From assembly GCA_965223155.1 (NCBI GenBank), contig CBDCVR010000014.1, positions 1,216,001-1,280,000 of the forward strand: a stretch of 64,000 nucleotides of DNA. Reading direction: 5' to 3'. The notes under the pieces are model-generated. The model did not search any database. It had not been told where the DNA came from and saw nothing but the letters and a program-made list of their open reading frames with translations. This document shows positions 49,424 to 63,146 of the stretch, one piece after another (position 1 is the first letter of the stretch; each line of letters begins with the position of its first letter). Source of the DNA: Candidatus Multivoradales bacterium (GTDB lineage: Bacteria; Acidobacteriota; Thermoanaerobaculia; Multivoradales; JAHEKO01). The position numbers and the translations under genes are program-made.

Positions 49424-50914
49424 GTGACGGAATCTCCGATTCGGACAGCGGCTTGCGCTGCCTCTTGGCTCGTCCTTGGTGTCTATTCGGTGGCGCTGTT
49501 CTGGAATCTGGGCGACGGTCATCTGTCTCACTGGGACGCGAGCCTAACCGCCGAGCGGTCACGAGAGATGCTTCTGACCGGCGACTTCTGGACGGTCCAT
49601 CTCAACTTCGAACCGAACTTCCGCAAGCCTCCGTTGCACTATATCCAAACCGCCGTAACACTTCAGGTACTCCCGGACCCGGAACTCGCCGTCCGGTTCT
49701 GGTCAGCCGCTTACGCCGTCGGTTGTTTCGTTCTCGTGGCCGTCTTGGCGCGCGGGCTTATCCGCTCGAATCCGTGGGCCGTGCCTGTCACTTGGGCCTT
49801 CCTGAGCTTCGCATTCTTCTTCTTTCACAATTCGCGGCTGGCGCTTCTCGACTCGGGTGCCACGTTCTTCCTCCTCCTCACCGTCCTGGGCGTCCATCGA
49901 CTGCGGAGCTATCGGTCGGGCTGGTGGCCGCTGGCGCTCGGCATCGTGCTCGGCTCTCTGCACAAGGCGCCGCTCGGAATCGTGTACCTGGTGGGAGCGA
50001 TGCTCGTCGACGCCCCGCTTCGGAAGCGGCTGAGCCGAAGGGGCTCTAGGCACAGGCTTGGTGCGATTCTCGTGGCTTCGGCCCTCTGGCCTGCGAGCCA
50101 GTGCGCTCTCTTTGGCAGACGTTTCGTGGCACAAGGGCTCCCTGGAGAGTGGAGTTCAGCCCCGGGGATCAAGCCGTTGGACACATTGCTCTCCGCCGGA
50201 ACTGAGGCCTACGAGCCCCTGATCCGAGGCTGGGGGGTCATCGGAATCGCCGGGCTTGCCGCCCTGGCTGCCTGCATTCTGGCAGCTCCCCTCCGGCGCC
50301 ATCTGAGCCGCGAGCCGACCGCTCGGGCCCTGGCCGTTTTCATCGCCGGGTATCTCGCACTGCTACCGTTCCTCGACCAACAGTCGCAGCGCTACATGCT
50401 GCCGGTCGCCCCCTGCCTCGCCATCATCCTCGTCTTGACCCTGGACCGCGTCGTCGGTAGCCGACCGCGGAGATTTCTGGCCGTGGCGGGCCTTCTCGTC
50501 GCGCTCTCCACACCCGAACTTCTCCGATTTGCAGGCAATCAGCACCTGGATCGATCGGCTCAAGTAGCGCTCGCCAAGCGACTTTCGCAAGACCTCAATC
50601 CATCGGACGCCGTCTTCCACATCGTTGCTCCGGACGACGCCTCGTTTCGTCCCCACCTTCTTCTTTTCTACGGCGACCTCGAGCGGCGAGTCTATTCGCC
50701 CTGGTGGGAGGCCGGTGGCTGGCCGCCGGCAACGCGTTTTCGCGGCAAGACTGTTCGCGGCATTACCCACCGGAACCACGTGCACCGGCTGGAGACCTGC
50801 TTTCGAAGTGTGCGCAGGTTGCGCCACGAGGGCGAGTACCAACTCTTCGCGGCGGACGCCTATCTGGGTTGTGCGCCTGCGCAAGCCAGCTCGGCACATC
50901 GGACGGCGATGTGA
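49424..50914 (+). CDS. ArnT/PMT-like GT-C membrane glycosyltransferase
   Basis: WD......SREML.TG, KPPLHY, ELAVRF, SR.ALLD, RY.LP. Polytopic. Confidence 0.82.
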   Translation: MTESPIRTAACAASWLVLGVYSVALFWNLGDGHLSHWDASLTAERSREMLLTGDFWTVHLNFEPNFRKPPLHYIQTAVTLQVLPDPELAVRFWSAAYAVGCFVLVAVLARGLIRSNPWAVPVTWAFLSFAFFFFHNSRLALLDSGATFFLLLTVLGVHRLRSYRSGWWPLALGIVLGSLHKAPLGIVYLVGAMLVDAPLRKRLSRRGSRHRLGAILVASALWPASQCALFGRRFVAQGLPGEWSSAPGIKPLDTLLSAGTEAYEPLIRGWGVIGIAGLAALAACILAAPLRRHLSREPTARALAVFIAGYLALLPFLDQQSQRYMLPVAPCLAIILVLTLDRVVGSRPRRFLAVAGLLVALSTPELLRFAGNQHLDRSAQVALAKRLSQDLNPSDAVFHIVAPDDASFRPHLLLFYGDLERRVYSPWWEAGGWPPATRFRGKTVRGITHRNHVHRLETCFRSVRRLRHEGEYQLFAADAYLGCAPAQASSAHRTAM

Positions 50915-52278
50915 CCCGGTCAGCGAGCCAAGCTGGACGTGCGAGGAGGCCGGGAGGCTTGTCTCGGTCTTGGGGTCCTCTCGAAACGGTATTCACGGTG
51001 TTCTTGCTTTTCTGGGCGACGACTCCGGTCTTCAGCCTTCTGCGTTTCCCGGTTCGGCAGCGCTGGCCAAACCCCGTCCAAGGGGATCTCGCCACGCAGC
51101 TGGTTTGGGCGGCGTGCTTTGCCACAATTCTGGGATTGCTCTGCCTGCGCTGGCAGGTCTCGCTGCGCGCGGCTCTTGTCGATCCCTGGATCCTCGGACT
51201 CATCGCTCTGGCCTTAGCCTCGACCCTCTGGTCGATAGAGCCGACGATCACCCTGCGCCGGGCGGTCGCGCTCGCCTTGACGACCGCGGCTGGCGTCTAT
51301 CTGGGATCGCGGTACTCCTCGTCGAGGATGGTTCGCCTTCTGTGCTGGTCTCTCGGACTCGCCGCCCTCTTGAGCTTCCTGTTCGGCTGGCTGCTGCCTC
51401 AATGGGGAGTCAACGATTTCCGCGAGCCCGGCACGTTACGGGGAATCTACCGAACCAAGAATCTCCTGGGCCGCTACATGCTGCTGGGTGCAATGGTGTT
51501 CCAGTTCGCGGTCGCCGGAATCGGTCGCTCGCGTTTCAGAGCGCTGTTCGGGTTCGCGCTATGTACCACGCTGCTCATGCTCTCTTGGAATCTGGCCGCG
51601 ATCGCCGGCCTTGTCGTTCTGCTGCCTGCCCTTTTCTGGATACAGCGCCGCCGGCCTCACGTACGGGTACTCGCCTCCGTCACCCTTGGCTTGATCGCGA
51701 TTCTCGCCTTGATGGGCACGTCCGAGTCTCTGTTCGGGCTTCTCGGCAAGCCCTTCCCTTCCTCTCGAGCCCTCCTGTGGCCCCAGGTGCAAACTGCAAT
51801 CGAGGAGCGGCCCCTCTTGGGATATGGCTTGGATGCCTACTGGCTGACGGAGGTCGATGCTCTGCCGGCCGGCGCACGCGATGCGCGCACAGTCCGGAAT
51901 TGGCGTCCCAGCTCGGCTCACAACGGACTCCTCGAGCTCCTCTTGGATCTCGGCATCGTAGGTCTGGTCCTCGTAGCACCGAGCCTCTGGGAGACGACGC
52001 GCCGAGCCATAGCGCGAATGCGTCGTGGCGGCTGGCAATCTCTATGGCCACTGGCTCTGCTTCTCTATCTCTTCGCTCTCAACTTGACTGAATCGGCCCT
52101 GGTGAACCGCAACAGCTTGTTCTGGATGCTGTACGTGGCGACCACCGTGCAGCTCGGCCTAGAGGAGCGTACCGGCCCCTCAACCCGCGGCCAAGTCGTA
52201 GACCGAGGCCACGCAGCGGGCGGACCTCCGCCGGGACCAGAGGTCGAAGGCGGAGGGCCTCGGCCGAGATCGCTCTAG
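50911..52278 (+). CDS. O-antigen ligase/polymerase (Wzy/WaaL, ExoQ-like)
   Basis: GTG start overlapping the upstream stop. S.LWSI.P..TLRR, GIY..KN.LG, RPLLGYG, AHNG..E..L.LG. Confidence 0.85.
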   Translation: MTRSASQAGRARRPGGLSRSWGPLETVFTVFLLFWATTPVFSLLRFPVRQRWPNPVQGDLATQLVWAACFATILGLLCLRWQVSLRAALVDPWILGLIALALASTLWSIEPTITLRRAVALALTTAAGVYLGSRYSSSRMVRLLCWSLGLAALLSFLFGWLLPQWGVNDFREPGTLRGIYRTKNLLGRYMLLGAMVFQFAVAGIGRSRFRALFGFALCTTLLMLSWNLAAIAGLVVLLPALFWIQRRRPHVRVLASVTLGLIAILALMGTSESLFGLLGKPFPSSRALLWPQVQTAIEERPLLGYGLDAYWLTEVDALPAGARDARTVRNWRPSSAHNGLLELLLDLGIVGLVLVAPSLWETTRRAIARMRRGGWQSLWPLALLLYLFALNLTESALVNRNSLFWMLYVATTVQLGLEERTGPSTRGQVVDRGHAAGGPPPGPEVEGGGPRPRSL

Positions 52279-53208
52279 GCGCAGCCAACCATAAATCGCT
52301 TCGATGGCTTCGGCATCGAGGCGGTCGGAAACGGCGAGCACCCAGCGCTCTCCTAGAGACTCTTGAAGATCTCGCGAGCGGGCATTGTCGGCCATAACAA
52401 TCGGCAAGCCCTGCTCCAGGGCGGTGACCGGCGCATACGAGTTAAAAGGCATGAGCGAGATGAGACCGTCGACCTGACCCAGCAGCTCGGTCAACTCAGC
52501 CTCGGAAACATGCCGAGGAACCACGGTCAGCCCCGGCTCCCGCGCCGAAATTTCGAGCAAGCCTTCGACCAGCGGCGCCGAGACGGGACGTCCTGCTAGG
52601 ACCAGGCGGCGCAACGAGCGCGGTCTTTGAGCTTGAGCGTCGGCAAAGGCTTCGGCCAACTCCAGGAGCCGCTTGTCGCGCGCCAGAGCACCGAGCATCA
52701 AGAGTGAAGCCGCTCCCTCGGAGGCGGGCCGAGCCCACAACCGCGATCCATCGATTCCGGATCGGCAGGTCGTCGTGGGCACTCCCCGGAGTTTCGGGAA
52801 CGCGGCCTCGGCCTCCGCCTCTTGGCCGGGGGCCAGGAGGATCACCCTCCGCACGCACCCGGAGATCGCGCCAAAGATGAAGCGATCCAAGAGCCGAAGC
52901 ATCGGCGAAGTCGTGCGCGGCTCCAAGTTGTGCACAGTCCAGACCAGCCGGTGCCCCCGGGCTGTCAAAAGAAGGCAGAGAAGAACTCCGTGGATCGCCT
53001 TCAGAACGCGGCGCGGAAGTCCTCGATTCGAGCGCACGAAATGTTCCGGCCAGTGAATGTGGACGATCCGTCGTCGTCCCAGGACGGAGCGAAGATTGAG
53101 GCCCCGAACCTCGACCCCCTCCTTCCTCAATGCGCGCGAGAGCTTGGCAATGTGCGGGCTCTGGCTGTTTCTTGGATCCGGGTGCCACAGCACGACTCGG
53201 CGGCGCAT
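52180..53208 (-). CDS. Glycosyltransferase (GT-B, GT4-like)
   Basis: HIHWPE, VWTVHNLEP, LG....K. Confidence 0.75.
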   Translation of the reverse strand: MRRRVVLWHPDPRNSQSPHIAKLSRALRKEGVEVRGLNLRSVLGRRRIVHIHWPEHFVRSNRGLPRRVLKAIHGVLLCLLLTARGHRLVWTVHNLEPRTTSPMLRLLDRFIFGAISGCVRRVILLAPGQEAEAEAAFPKLRGVPTTTCRSGIDGSRLWARPASEGAASLLMLGALARDKRLLELAEAFADAQAQRPRSLRRLVLAGRPVSAPLVEGLLEISAREPGLTVVPRHVSEAELTELLGQVDGLISLMPFNSYAPVTALEQGLPIVMADNARSRDLQESLGERWVLAVSDRLDAEAIEAIYGWLRLERSRPRPSAFDLWSRRRSARCVASVYDLAAG

Positions 53209-53253
53209 CGCAAGAGTATCCCCCAGAGTCCGAGCTGTATGCTTCGCCCGCGA

Positions 53254-54978
53254 ATGGGCCCGAAACCGTCGACCGACGCCGTCCCACCAGTTGGTGCCGA
53301 CCGGAACCTTCGTCTGCGGCCCTCCATAGGAGGGTTGCTGGGCGTGCTTATTCTGGTCACCAGCTACGGTCCGACGGTCACCGAGCACATGGCCCACGCT
53401 CGCGATCCCGCCTACCTGAACGATGACGCTCGCGCCGTACTGACTCCATACTTCAGCTGGACTCCACAAGGTTTTGCGGCCGGATATCCGGAGGCCTATC
53501 ACCTCGCGGGCACACCCCTAGGTGTCCGCTCCGCCTATTCGGTTCTAGCGAGATTCTTCGACCCGGCCATAACCAGCAGTCGCCTTCCCTATCTTCTCTG
53601 GGTCGGAACAGCCGCCGCCGTCGCGGCTGCCGCGCATCGACTAGGCGGAGCAGCGGCGGCTGTTGGCTCTCTGGCGCTGTTCCTGGGAAGCGCCTACCCG
53701 ATGGCTCGACTGGTCGGCGCTCTGCCACGAGCCTATGCGCTTCCCATTGTCGGGCTAGGAGCCTGGGCATTGATCACCAATCGCAAGCGCGCGCTCGCGG
53801 TGAGCGTCGTCCTGGGTGCGGCGTTCTATCCAGCGAGCGGGATCCTGACCGGGACCGCCTTGGCCATGGTGCTCGTCGTCACAGCACTCCAGCACCGATC
53901 GTCCAGACGCTACGCCGGTGTGCTGCTGGCGATCACTACCACCTGCGCGGCCACTCTGGTCGTCCCGCTGGCCCTGCGCTTCGCTCCGTTCGGCCCGAGC
54001 GTCAAACGAGCTGCCTTCTCAGAGCTGCCGGAGGCATCCCCACAGGGTCGGCTGCAAATCGCCGAGGACCGAGTCGAGACCGACCTGCGTTCGGCGGTAC
54101 GACGATCCGGCCGGGTCGCGCTTGTCGGCGCGCGCCCTTGGCTGCCGACGCTGCGGTCTGCTCTTTTCAGCCCACCACAGCGCAAGCCCATCGCGGCCTT
54201 GTTCGTGGCGATCCTCCTCCTAGGCTTCTTGTACCTTCTTCGGGCTGGTCCCCCCGCCAGACGTCTGTCGGTGCTCTTGCTCGCCGCAGCAGGCTTGTAC
54301 TTGTTGGCTCAGATCGCTTTTCCGTACCTCTACTTGCCCGGACGCTACACAGCCTACGCCGTCCCGGTCCTCGCCTGGATCCTGGCTCCCGCGAGCCTGG
54401 TGGCCTTACGTCGTCGTTTCGCCGCCGGCCGCCGGTGGCTCGACTGGGTCGCAATCGGAGCACTGCTGCTGGCACTCGGCGGACGTGGGGATCCCAAGGC
54501 CGGTTACACCTCGGTGATCGACATTTCGAACCCGGTCTTTGCCGCAGTCTCCGCCCTCGACTCGCAAAGCCTTGTAGCCGCCTGGCCGCGCGGACTGGCG
54601 GACAACCTACCCTACTGGACTCGGCGGCCGGTACTTGCCAACTATGAGAGTCACCTGCCGTACCACCGGGCCTACGTGCTGGAGATGCGAAGGCGAGTGC
54701 AAGCGATCATCGCCGCCTACTGGGCAAGATCGAACGAGCCGCTCCACGGGCTCCGTAGAGATTTCGGCGTCACTCACTTCCTGGTCGACAAACGTCTACT
54801 CTCCGGCGACGCCCCAAGCTACTTTGCCCCGTTCGACCAAGACATCGACCGTGCCCATTCAGCGACGGCGGAGGAAACGCCGGCTGTACTTCGCCTCGCG
54901 CCGTCGGCCACAGTCTACGAAGACGAACGGTACCTGTTGGTGGATCTGGTCCGCCTGGCCAAGGCTCCCAGCCCCTAA
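53254..54978 (+). CDS. Polytopic membrane protein, GT-C-like
   Basis: N-terminal NDD acidic loop, 10 or more TM segments, YLP.RY, soluble C-terminus ending GVTHFLV. Confidence 0.65.
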   Translation: MGPKPSTDAVPPVGADRNLRLRPSIGGLLGVLILVTSYGPTVTEHMAHARDPAYLNDDARAVLTPYFSWTPQGFAAGYPEAYHLAGTPLGVRSAYSVLARFFDPAITSSRLPYLLWVGTAAAVAAAAHRLGGAAAAVGSLALFLGSAYPMARLVGALPRAYALPIVGLGAWALITNRKRALAVSVVLGAAFYPASGILTGTALAMVLVVTALQHRSSRRYAGVLLAITTTCAATLVVPLALRFAPFGPSVKRAAFSELPEASPQGRLQIAEDRVETDLRSAVRRSGRVALVGARPWLPTLRSALFSPPQRKPIAALFVAILLLGFLYLLRAGPPARRLSVLLLAAAGLYLLAQIAFPYLYLPGRYTAYAVPVLAWILAPASLVALRRRFAAGRRWLDWVAIGALLLALGGRGDPKAGYTSVIDISNPVFAAVSALDSQSLVAAWPRGLADNLPYWTRRPVLANYESHLPYHRAYVLEMRRRVQAIIAAYWARSNEPLHGLRRDFGVTHFLVDKRLLSGDAPSYFAPFDQDIDRAHSATAEETPAVLRLAPSATVYEDERYLLVDLVRLAKAPSP

Positions 54979-55031
54979 CAGGCCGCCGACGCGCGACTCG
55001 GAAAAGCAGTCTTTCTCCGGTCTGCTTCCGA

Positions 55032-58000
55032 TCAAATCTCGCGCGGAGCGGCGACCCCTGCGGCAGGACTGCCCGCAGCTCCGGCACCTTCGCCGTCTCC
55101 GGCCGAGGCCATCCGCCGCGCCGCCCGCTTCAAGGTGCCGCTGACGATGGCGCGGGCGTCGTCAAAAAAGGTGTAGAAGACCGGGATGACGAGAAGGGTC
55201 AGGAGGGTCGCGGTGGTCAGGCCGCCGATCAGGGTCAGACCGAAGCTCCGGTAGCTCAAGCCGATGCTCGAGGAGCCCTGGACGGTCAGCGGCACCAAGC
55301 CGCCGATCGTTGTCAGCGCGGTCATCATGATCGGCCGGAAGCGGCGGCTGGCGGCCAGGAGCAGCGCTTCGCGCCGCTCGTAGCCCTGATGCCGCAGGCG
55401 GGTCACGTAGTCGACCAGGACGATGCCGTTGTTGACGACCACGCCAACGAGCAGGATTAGTCCGACGGCTCCCAAGAAGTCGATGTTGAGCCCGGAGAGA
55501 AAATGGCTCCAGTACACCCCCAGGCTCGCGAGCGGAATCGTCAGGATGATCGAAAGCGGCAGAATGAAGCTCTCGAACAGGAAGCCCATCAGCAGGTAGA
55601 TGAAGATGACCGAAACGATGGCCGCGAAGATCATCCCCTGGAGATCCTCGCTCAGTCCCTCGTTGCCGCCCTGGGAGCCGAAGGTCACGCCCTCGGGCAG
55701 GTCGATCGCCGCGGTCAGAGCCATCAGGGTCGCCCGGGTGTCGTCTTCCTTGCCGTCTTCGAGCTCCATGGTGATCTCGCGCGAGGTGCGCTTGTTCTTG
55801 CGGAAGATGCGCTGCGCCGAGGCCAGATAGCGCGGTTCGGCGAGCGTCGAGAGTGGCACCGTGGCGCCGTCGTTGGTCGGCACCGAGAAATCAGCGAGTT
55901 CGTCGAGCGAGTCTCGGTCCTCTTCCCGGAAGCGCACGGTCACCGGGATCTCCTTGCCGCCGGCATGAAACCGCGGCAGCCCCTGGCCGCGCAAGGCGTA
56001 GCCGACCACCGCCGAGACCACCATGGGATTGATGTCCTGGGCTTGGAGGCGCTCCCGGTCCAGGACCAGCGCCATTTCGCTCGGGGTCTCGTCACCTACC
56101 TTCTTGGTGCCGATGACTCCCGGAACCCGGGTAAACAGGGCCTCCAAGTTCTCGGCCACGGTCTCGAGAATTTCGGAGTCCTCGCCTTCGATCATGACGG
56201 TGTGGAGGCTCTTGTTCTGGAACTGATCGCCGCGGCCGTCCTCGGCGGTCCGCACCTTGACTCCGGCCTTCTCGGGCAGGGCGTCGAGCACGGCCTTGGT
56301 GGCCTCGCGCAGGGATACGTCGTTGGTGCGCGGGCTCTTGAACCAACCCTGGAGCTCGCCGTAGGTCGAGCGATGGAAAACGAACCAGCCGTCCAGATCG
56401 AGCTCCTCGGCATGGTCTTCGACGACCTTCTCCGCCGCCAGGAAGTACTCCTCGGCCTCTTCGAGGGTGGTGTTCTGGGCCAGGCTGACCGAGAGCTCGA
56501 AGCCGCCGCGGGCTTCTTCCTGCACTTCCACGAACTTGACCTTCTGGAAGATGACGCCGCTGACCAGGAAGATCGCCGCCAGCAGCAGGACGAGATCCAG
56601 ACGCCGGTTCAGAAACACTCCCAGGAGACCCGTGTAGCCCTTGGCTAGGAGCCCGAAGGTGGCATCGTAGGCGCGCTTCAGCCAGTCGAAGACGACATGG
56701 GGCTGATCGTCGTCCCGCCCGTCCTCGGGCAGGGTCAGATAGACCGAGAGCGGAATAAAGATCAAAGCCACCAGAAGCGAGCCCAGAAGCGCCACCGAGA
56801 TCGGAATCGAAAGCCGCAGCAGGAAGAACTGCCCCATCCCCTCGACCAGCGACACCGGCAGGAAAACGATGATCGTGGTCAGGGTGGCCATGACGATCGC
56901 CAGCGCGATCTCGCCCGCGCCCTCGATACAGGCGCGCCGCCGGGACAGCCCCTCGCGGTGGAGACGAAAGATGTTCTCGCCCACGACCACCGAATTGTCG
57001 ACCAGGAGTCCGACCGAGATCATCAGCGCCAGCAGCGTCAGGATGTTGAGCGACTCGCCCGCGAAGTACATGGCGGTGAGGGCGATGACGATCGAGACCG
57101 GGATCGACAGGGTCACGATCAGGGTCATGCGGAACCGGCGCAGGAAGAAAAAGAGCACCAAGAGCGCGATGATGCCGCCGATCCGGCCGCTCGCCAGAAG
57201 CGTGCCCAGGGACTCCATGATGACCTCGCCCTGATCGAAAAGGGTGGCCACGTCCACGACCTGGAGCCTGGGGTTGGCGCGCATCTCCTCGACCGCGGCG
57301 TCCACCCGCCGGGCCACCTCGAGCGAGTTGGCGTCGCCCTCCTTCATCACCGACACCGCCACCGCCGGCCGGCTCATGGCCCGGACCCGGTACTTCTTGT
57401 CCGGCAGGTCGTAGCTGACGGTGGCGATGTCTTTGAGCCTGGTGTTGGGTCCGACCAGCCGGTTCTCGAGCTCTTCGACGTGGTCGTAGCGAGCCACCGA
57501 GCGCAGGAGTAGCTTCTTGCCGCCGTGGCGGACGTCGCCGCTCGACAGGGTGAAGTTGTCGCCCGAGAGCTGCTGGGCCAGATCGTAGATGTTGAGTCCG
57601 GAGGCGGCGGTGCGCTCGCGGTCGAGCTCGATCAGGATCTCCTTCTCTTCGAGACCGTGGGTCTCGACCGAAGCCACGCCCTCGAGCCGCTCGAGACGCA
57701 GGACCACCTCGTCCTGGACCAAGTTGTAGACGTCGACCACGGCCGGATCGATCGCCAAGCCCACGAAGTAGATCGGAATGCCGGAAGCGTCATCCTTGAA
57801 GAGGAAGACCTGCTGAACGTCGTCGGGCATCTCGATCCGCGCCCGCTCCACGCGGTCGCGCGCCTCGCGATAGGCGACATCCATGTCGGTGCCCTGCTTG
57901 AAGCGCAACGAGCACATGGCAAAGCCCGTGCGCGCGTACGAGTCGAGCTGGTCGATTCCGGCGATGGTCGAAAGCTCGGCCTCGAGAGGCAGGACGATCT

Positions 58001-58253
58001 TGTCCAGGACCTCCTGCGAGGGCGCGTCCCGCCACGGCACCTGGACGCTCAGGTGGGGCCCCTCGAAACCGGAGGGAAAGAGCTCGAGCGGAATGCTCAA
58101 GGTGGCGACCGCGCCCAACACGACCAGGGTCATGAGGATCATGAGCACGGTGATCCGCCGGTCGAGCGAAAAGCGCGGCAAGCGCGAATCGGTACCGCCC
58201 ACGGGCTCGCCGGGCGTGGCGGGTTCTTGGCTCGGGGTTCGAGTCTCGTTCAT
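55032..58253 (-). CDS. RND efflux transporter subunit 2
   Basis: GLLVDNSVVV.ENI, TLTT..VFLP, GVVVNNGIVLVD, RFRPIMMT. Confidence 0.93.
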   Translation of the reverse strand: MNETRTPSQEPATPGEPVGGTDSRLPRFSLDRRITVLMILMTLVVLGAVATLSIPLELFPSGFEGPHLSVQVPWRDAPSQEVLDKIVLPLEAELSTIAGIDQLDSYARTGFAMCSLRFKQGTDMDVAYREARDRVERARIEMPDDVQQVFLFKDDASGIPIYFVGLAIDPAVVDVYNLVQDEVVLRLERLEGVASVETHGLEEKEILIELDRERTAASGLNIYDLAQQLSGDNFTLSSGDVRHGGKKLLLRSVARYDHVEELENRLVGPNTRLKDIATVSYDLPDKKYRVRAMSRPAVAVSVMKEGDANSLEVARRVDAAVEEMRANPRLQVVDVATLFDQGEVIMESLGTLLASGRIGGIIALLVLFFFLRRFRMTLIVTLSIPVSIVIALTAMYFAGESLNILTLLALMISVGLLVDNSVVVGENIFRLHREGLSRRRACIEGAGEIALAIVMATLTTIIVFLPVSLVEGMGQFFLLRLSIPISVALLGSLLVALIFIPLSVYLTLPEDGRDDDQPHVVFDWLKRAYDATFGLLAKGYTGLLGVFLNRRLDLVLLLAAIFLVSGVIFQKVKFVEVQEEARGGFELSVSLAQNTTLEEAEEYFLAAEKVVEDHAEELDLDGWFVFHRSTYGELQGWFKSPRTNDVSLREATKAVLDALPEKAGVKVRTAEDGRGDQFQNKSLHTVMIEGEDSEILETVAENLEALFTRVPGVIGTKKVGDETPSEMALVLDRERLQAQDINPMVVSAVVGYALRGQGLPRFHAGGKEIPVTVRFREEDRDSLDELADFSVPTNDGATVPLSTLAEPRYLASAQRIFRKNKRTSREITMELEDGKEDDTRATLMALTAAIDLPEGVTFGSQGGNEGLSEDLQGMIFAAIVSVIFIYLLMGFLFESFILPLSIILTIPLASLGVYWSHFLSGLNIDFLGAVGLILLVGVVVNNGIVLVDYVTRLRHQGYERREALLLAASRRFRPIMMTALTTIGGLVPLTVQGSSSIGLSYRSFGLTLIGGLTTATLLTLLVIPVFYTFFDDARAIVSGTLKRAARRMASAGDGEGAGAAGSPAAGVAAPREI

Positions 58254-58293
58254 CGTGGAGTCGCTTTCTTGGATATCCCTCGGATCTTGACGC

Positions 58294-61847
<3,554 letters not shown>

Positions 61848-61851
<4 letters not shown>

Positions 61852-63059
61852 TCGCCCGCCTCGTCCTCGACCGGCGCGGCGGCGGACTCGGCGCCGTTCC
61901 CGACGATCCGGACCACCGAACCGTCCTTCAAGCCGGCCTGGCCGGCGATCACGATGCGGTCGCCGTCCTCGAGGAGGCCCGCGGGCTCGATGTTGTCCCG
62001 ATCTTCGAGGCGAGCCTCGACCAGCAAGCGCTCGACCTCGCCGTCGCCGGTCAACCGGAAGACGAAGATCTGGTCGGCGTCGTAGATCAGGGCCTTCTTC
62101 GGCACCAGCACCGCGCTGTCGTTGACCGCAGTCACCAGCTCGACCGAAACGTACATGCCAGGCAGAAGCTCCGAGCCGCGCGGAATAGCGATTGTAGCCT
62201 TGACCGTGCCGCTACGCGGGTCGACGCGCGGCGCGATCCGCTCGACCGTGCCGTAGCGCTCGGCGCCCCGGGCTCCCTCGGCGTAGATGCGGGCCTCGAG
62301 GCCCGTGCGGATCCGCCACAGGTCCTTTTCGGGCACGTAGACGCGAGCCACGATCGAGTCGAAGTCCACCAGGTCGAAGAGCGGCTGGCCGGCGGTCACT
62401 TGATTGCCGACGCTGACATGGCGCTGGGTCACGGTACCGGCGATCGGCGCGCGCACCTCGGTGTAGCCCAACTCGCGGCGGGCGTCCTGAAGAGCCAGCT
62501 CGAGCTGCTCCAGCTCGTAGGTGGCTTCGTTGTACGTCTGCTCGCTGATCAGCTGCTGCTCGAAGAGGTTGGTCTGGCGCTGGTACTCCCGCCGGGCCTT
62601 CGCCAGCTGGCCCTCGGTCCGGGCTAGCGCCGTCCGCAGCTCGTCGTTCTGCAACCGGAGCAGCACCCGTCCCTTGCCGACTTCGTCGCCTTCTTCGACC
62701 AGGAGCTGGCGTACCGGAAGCTGCCGGGTCGCCTGGGAAACCACCTGGACCTCGCCCTCGGCTTCCAGATTGGTCGAGAACCGCAGCAGGGTCTCGATCG
62801 GTCCCCGCTCCAGAATCGTGATCTCGACCGGAACGGCCTCGTCTGCATCGTCCTCGTCGTTCTCGGAGTCCGGCTTCTTGTCGCCGTCTTCGGAGGCCTT
62901 GCCGGATTCCTCCGCAGCCTCGCCATCCGACTCCCCGGCCGACTCCCCGTCCGGCCGCGAGCAGCCCACCGGGCCGCCGGCCAGAAGCGCCGCGAGGGTC
63001 GCCAATACGACCAGTAGGTAGAAATGTTTCGAGACTCCGACTCCAAGCGTAACTCGCAT
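61848..63059 (-). CDS. RND periplasmic adaptor (membrane fusion protein)
   Basis: VEEGD.V..G, VRAPIAG.V, P.VD..SGT, LPGMYV. ATGA overlap with the RND gene. Confidence 0.92.
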
Positions 63060-63146
63060 CCGTATCTCCCCGAGGTACCGTTCCCGTCTAACCTACTACG
63101 TCCGCGCCCTGGGCTGGTTTCCCGGACCTCGCGATACGCTTGCGCC

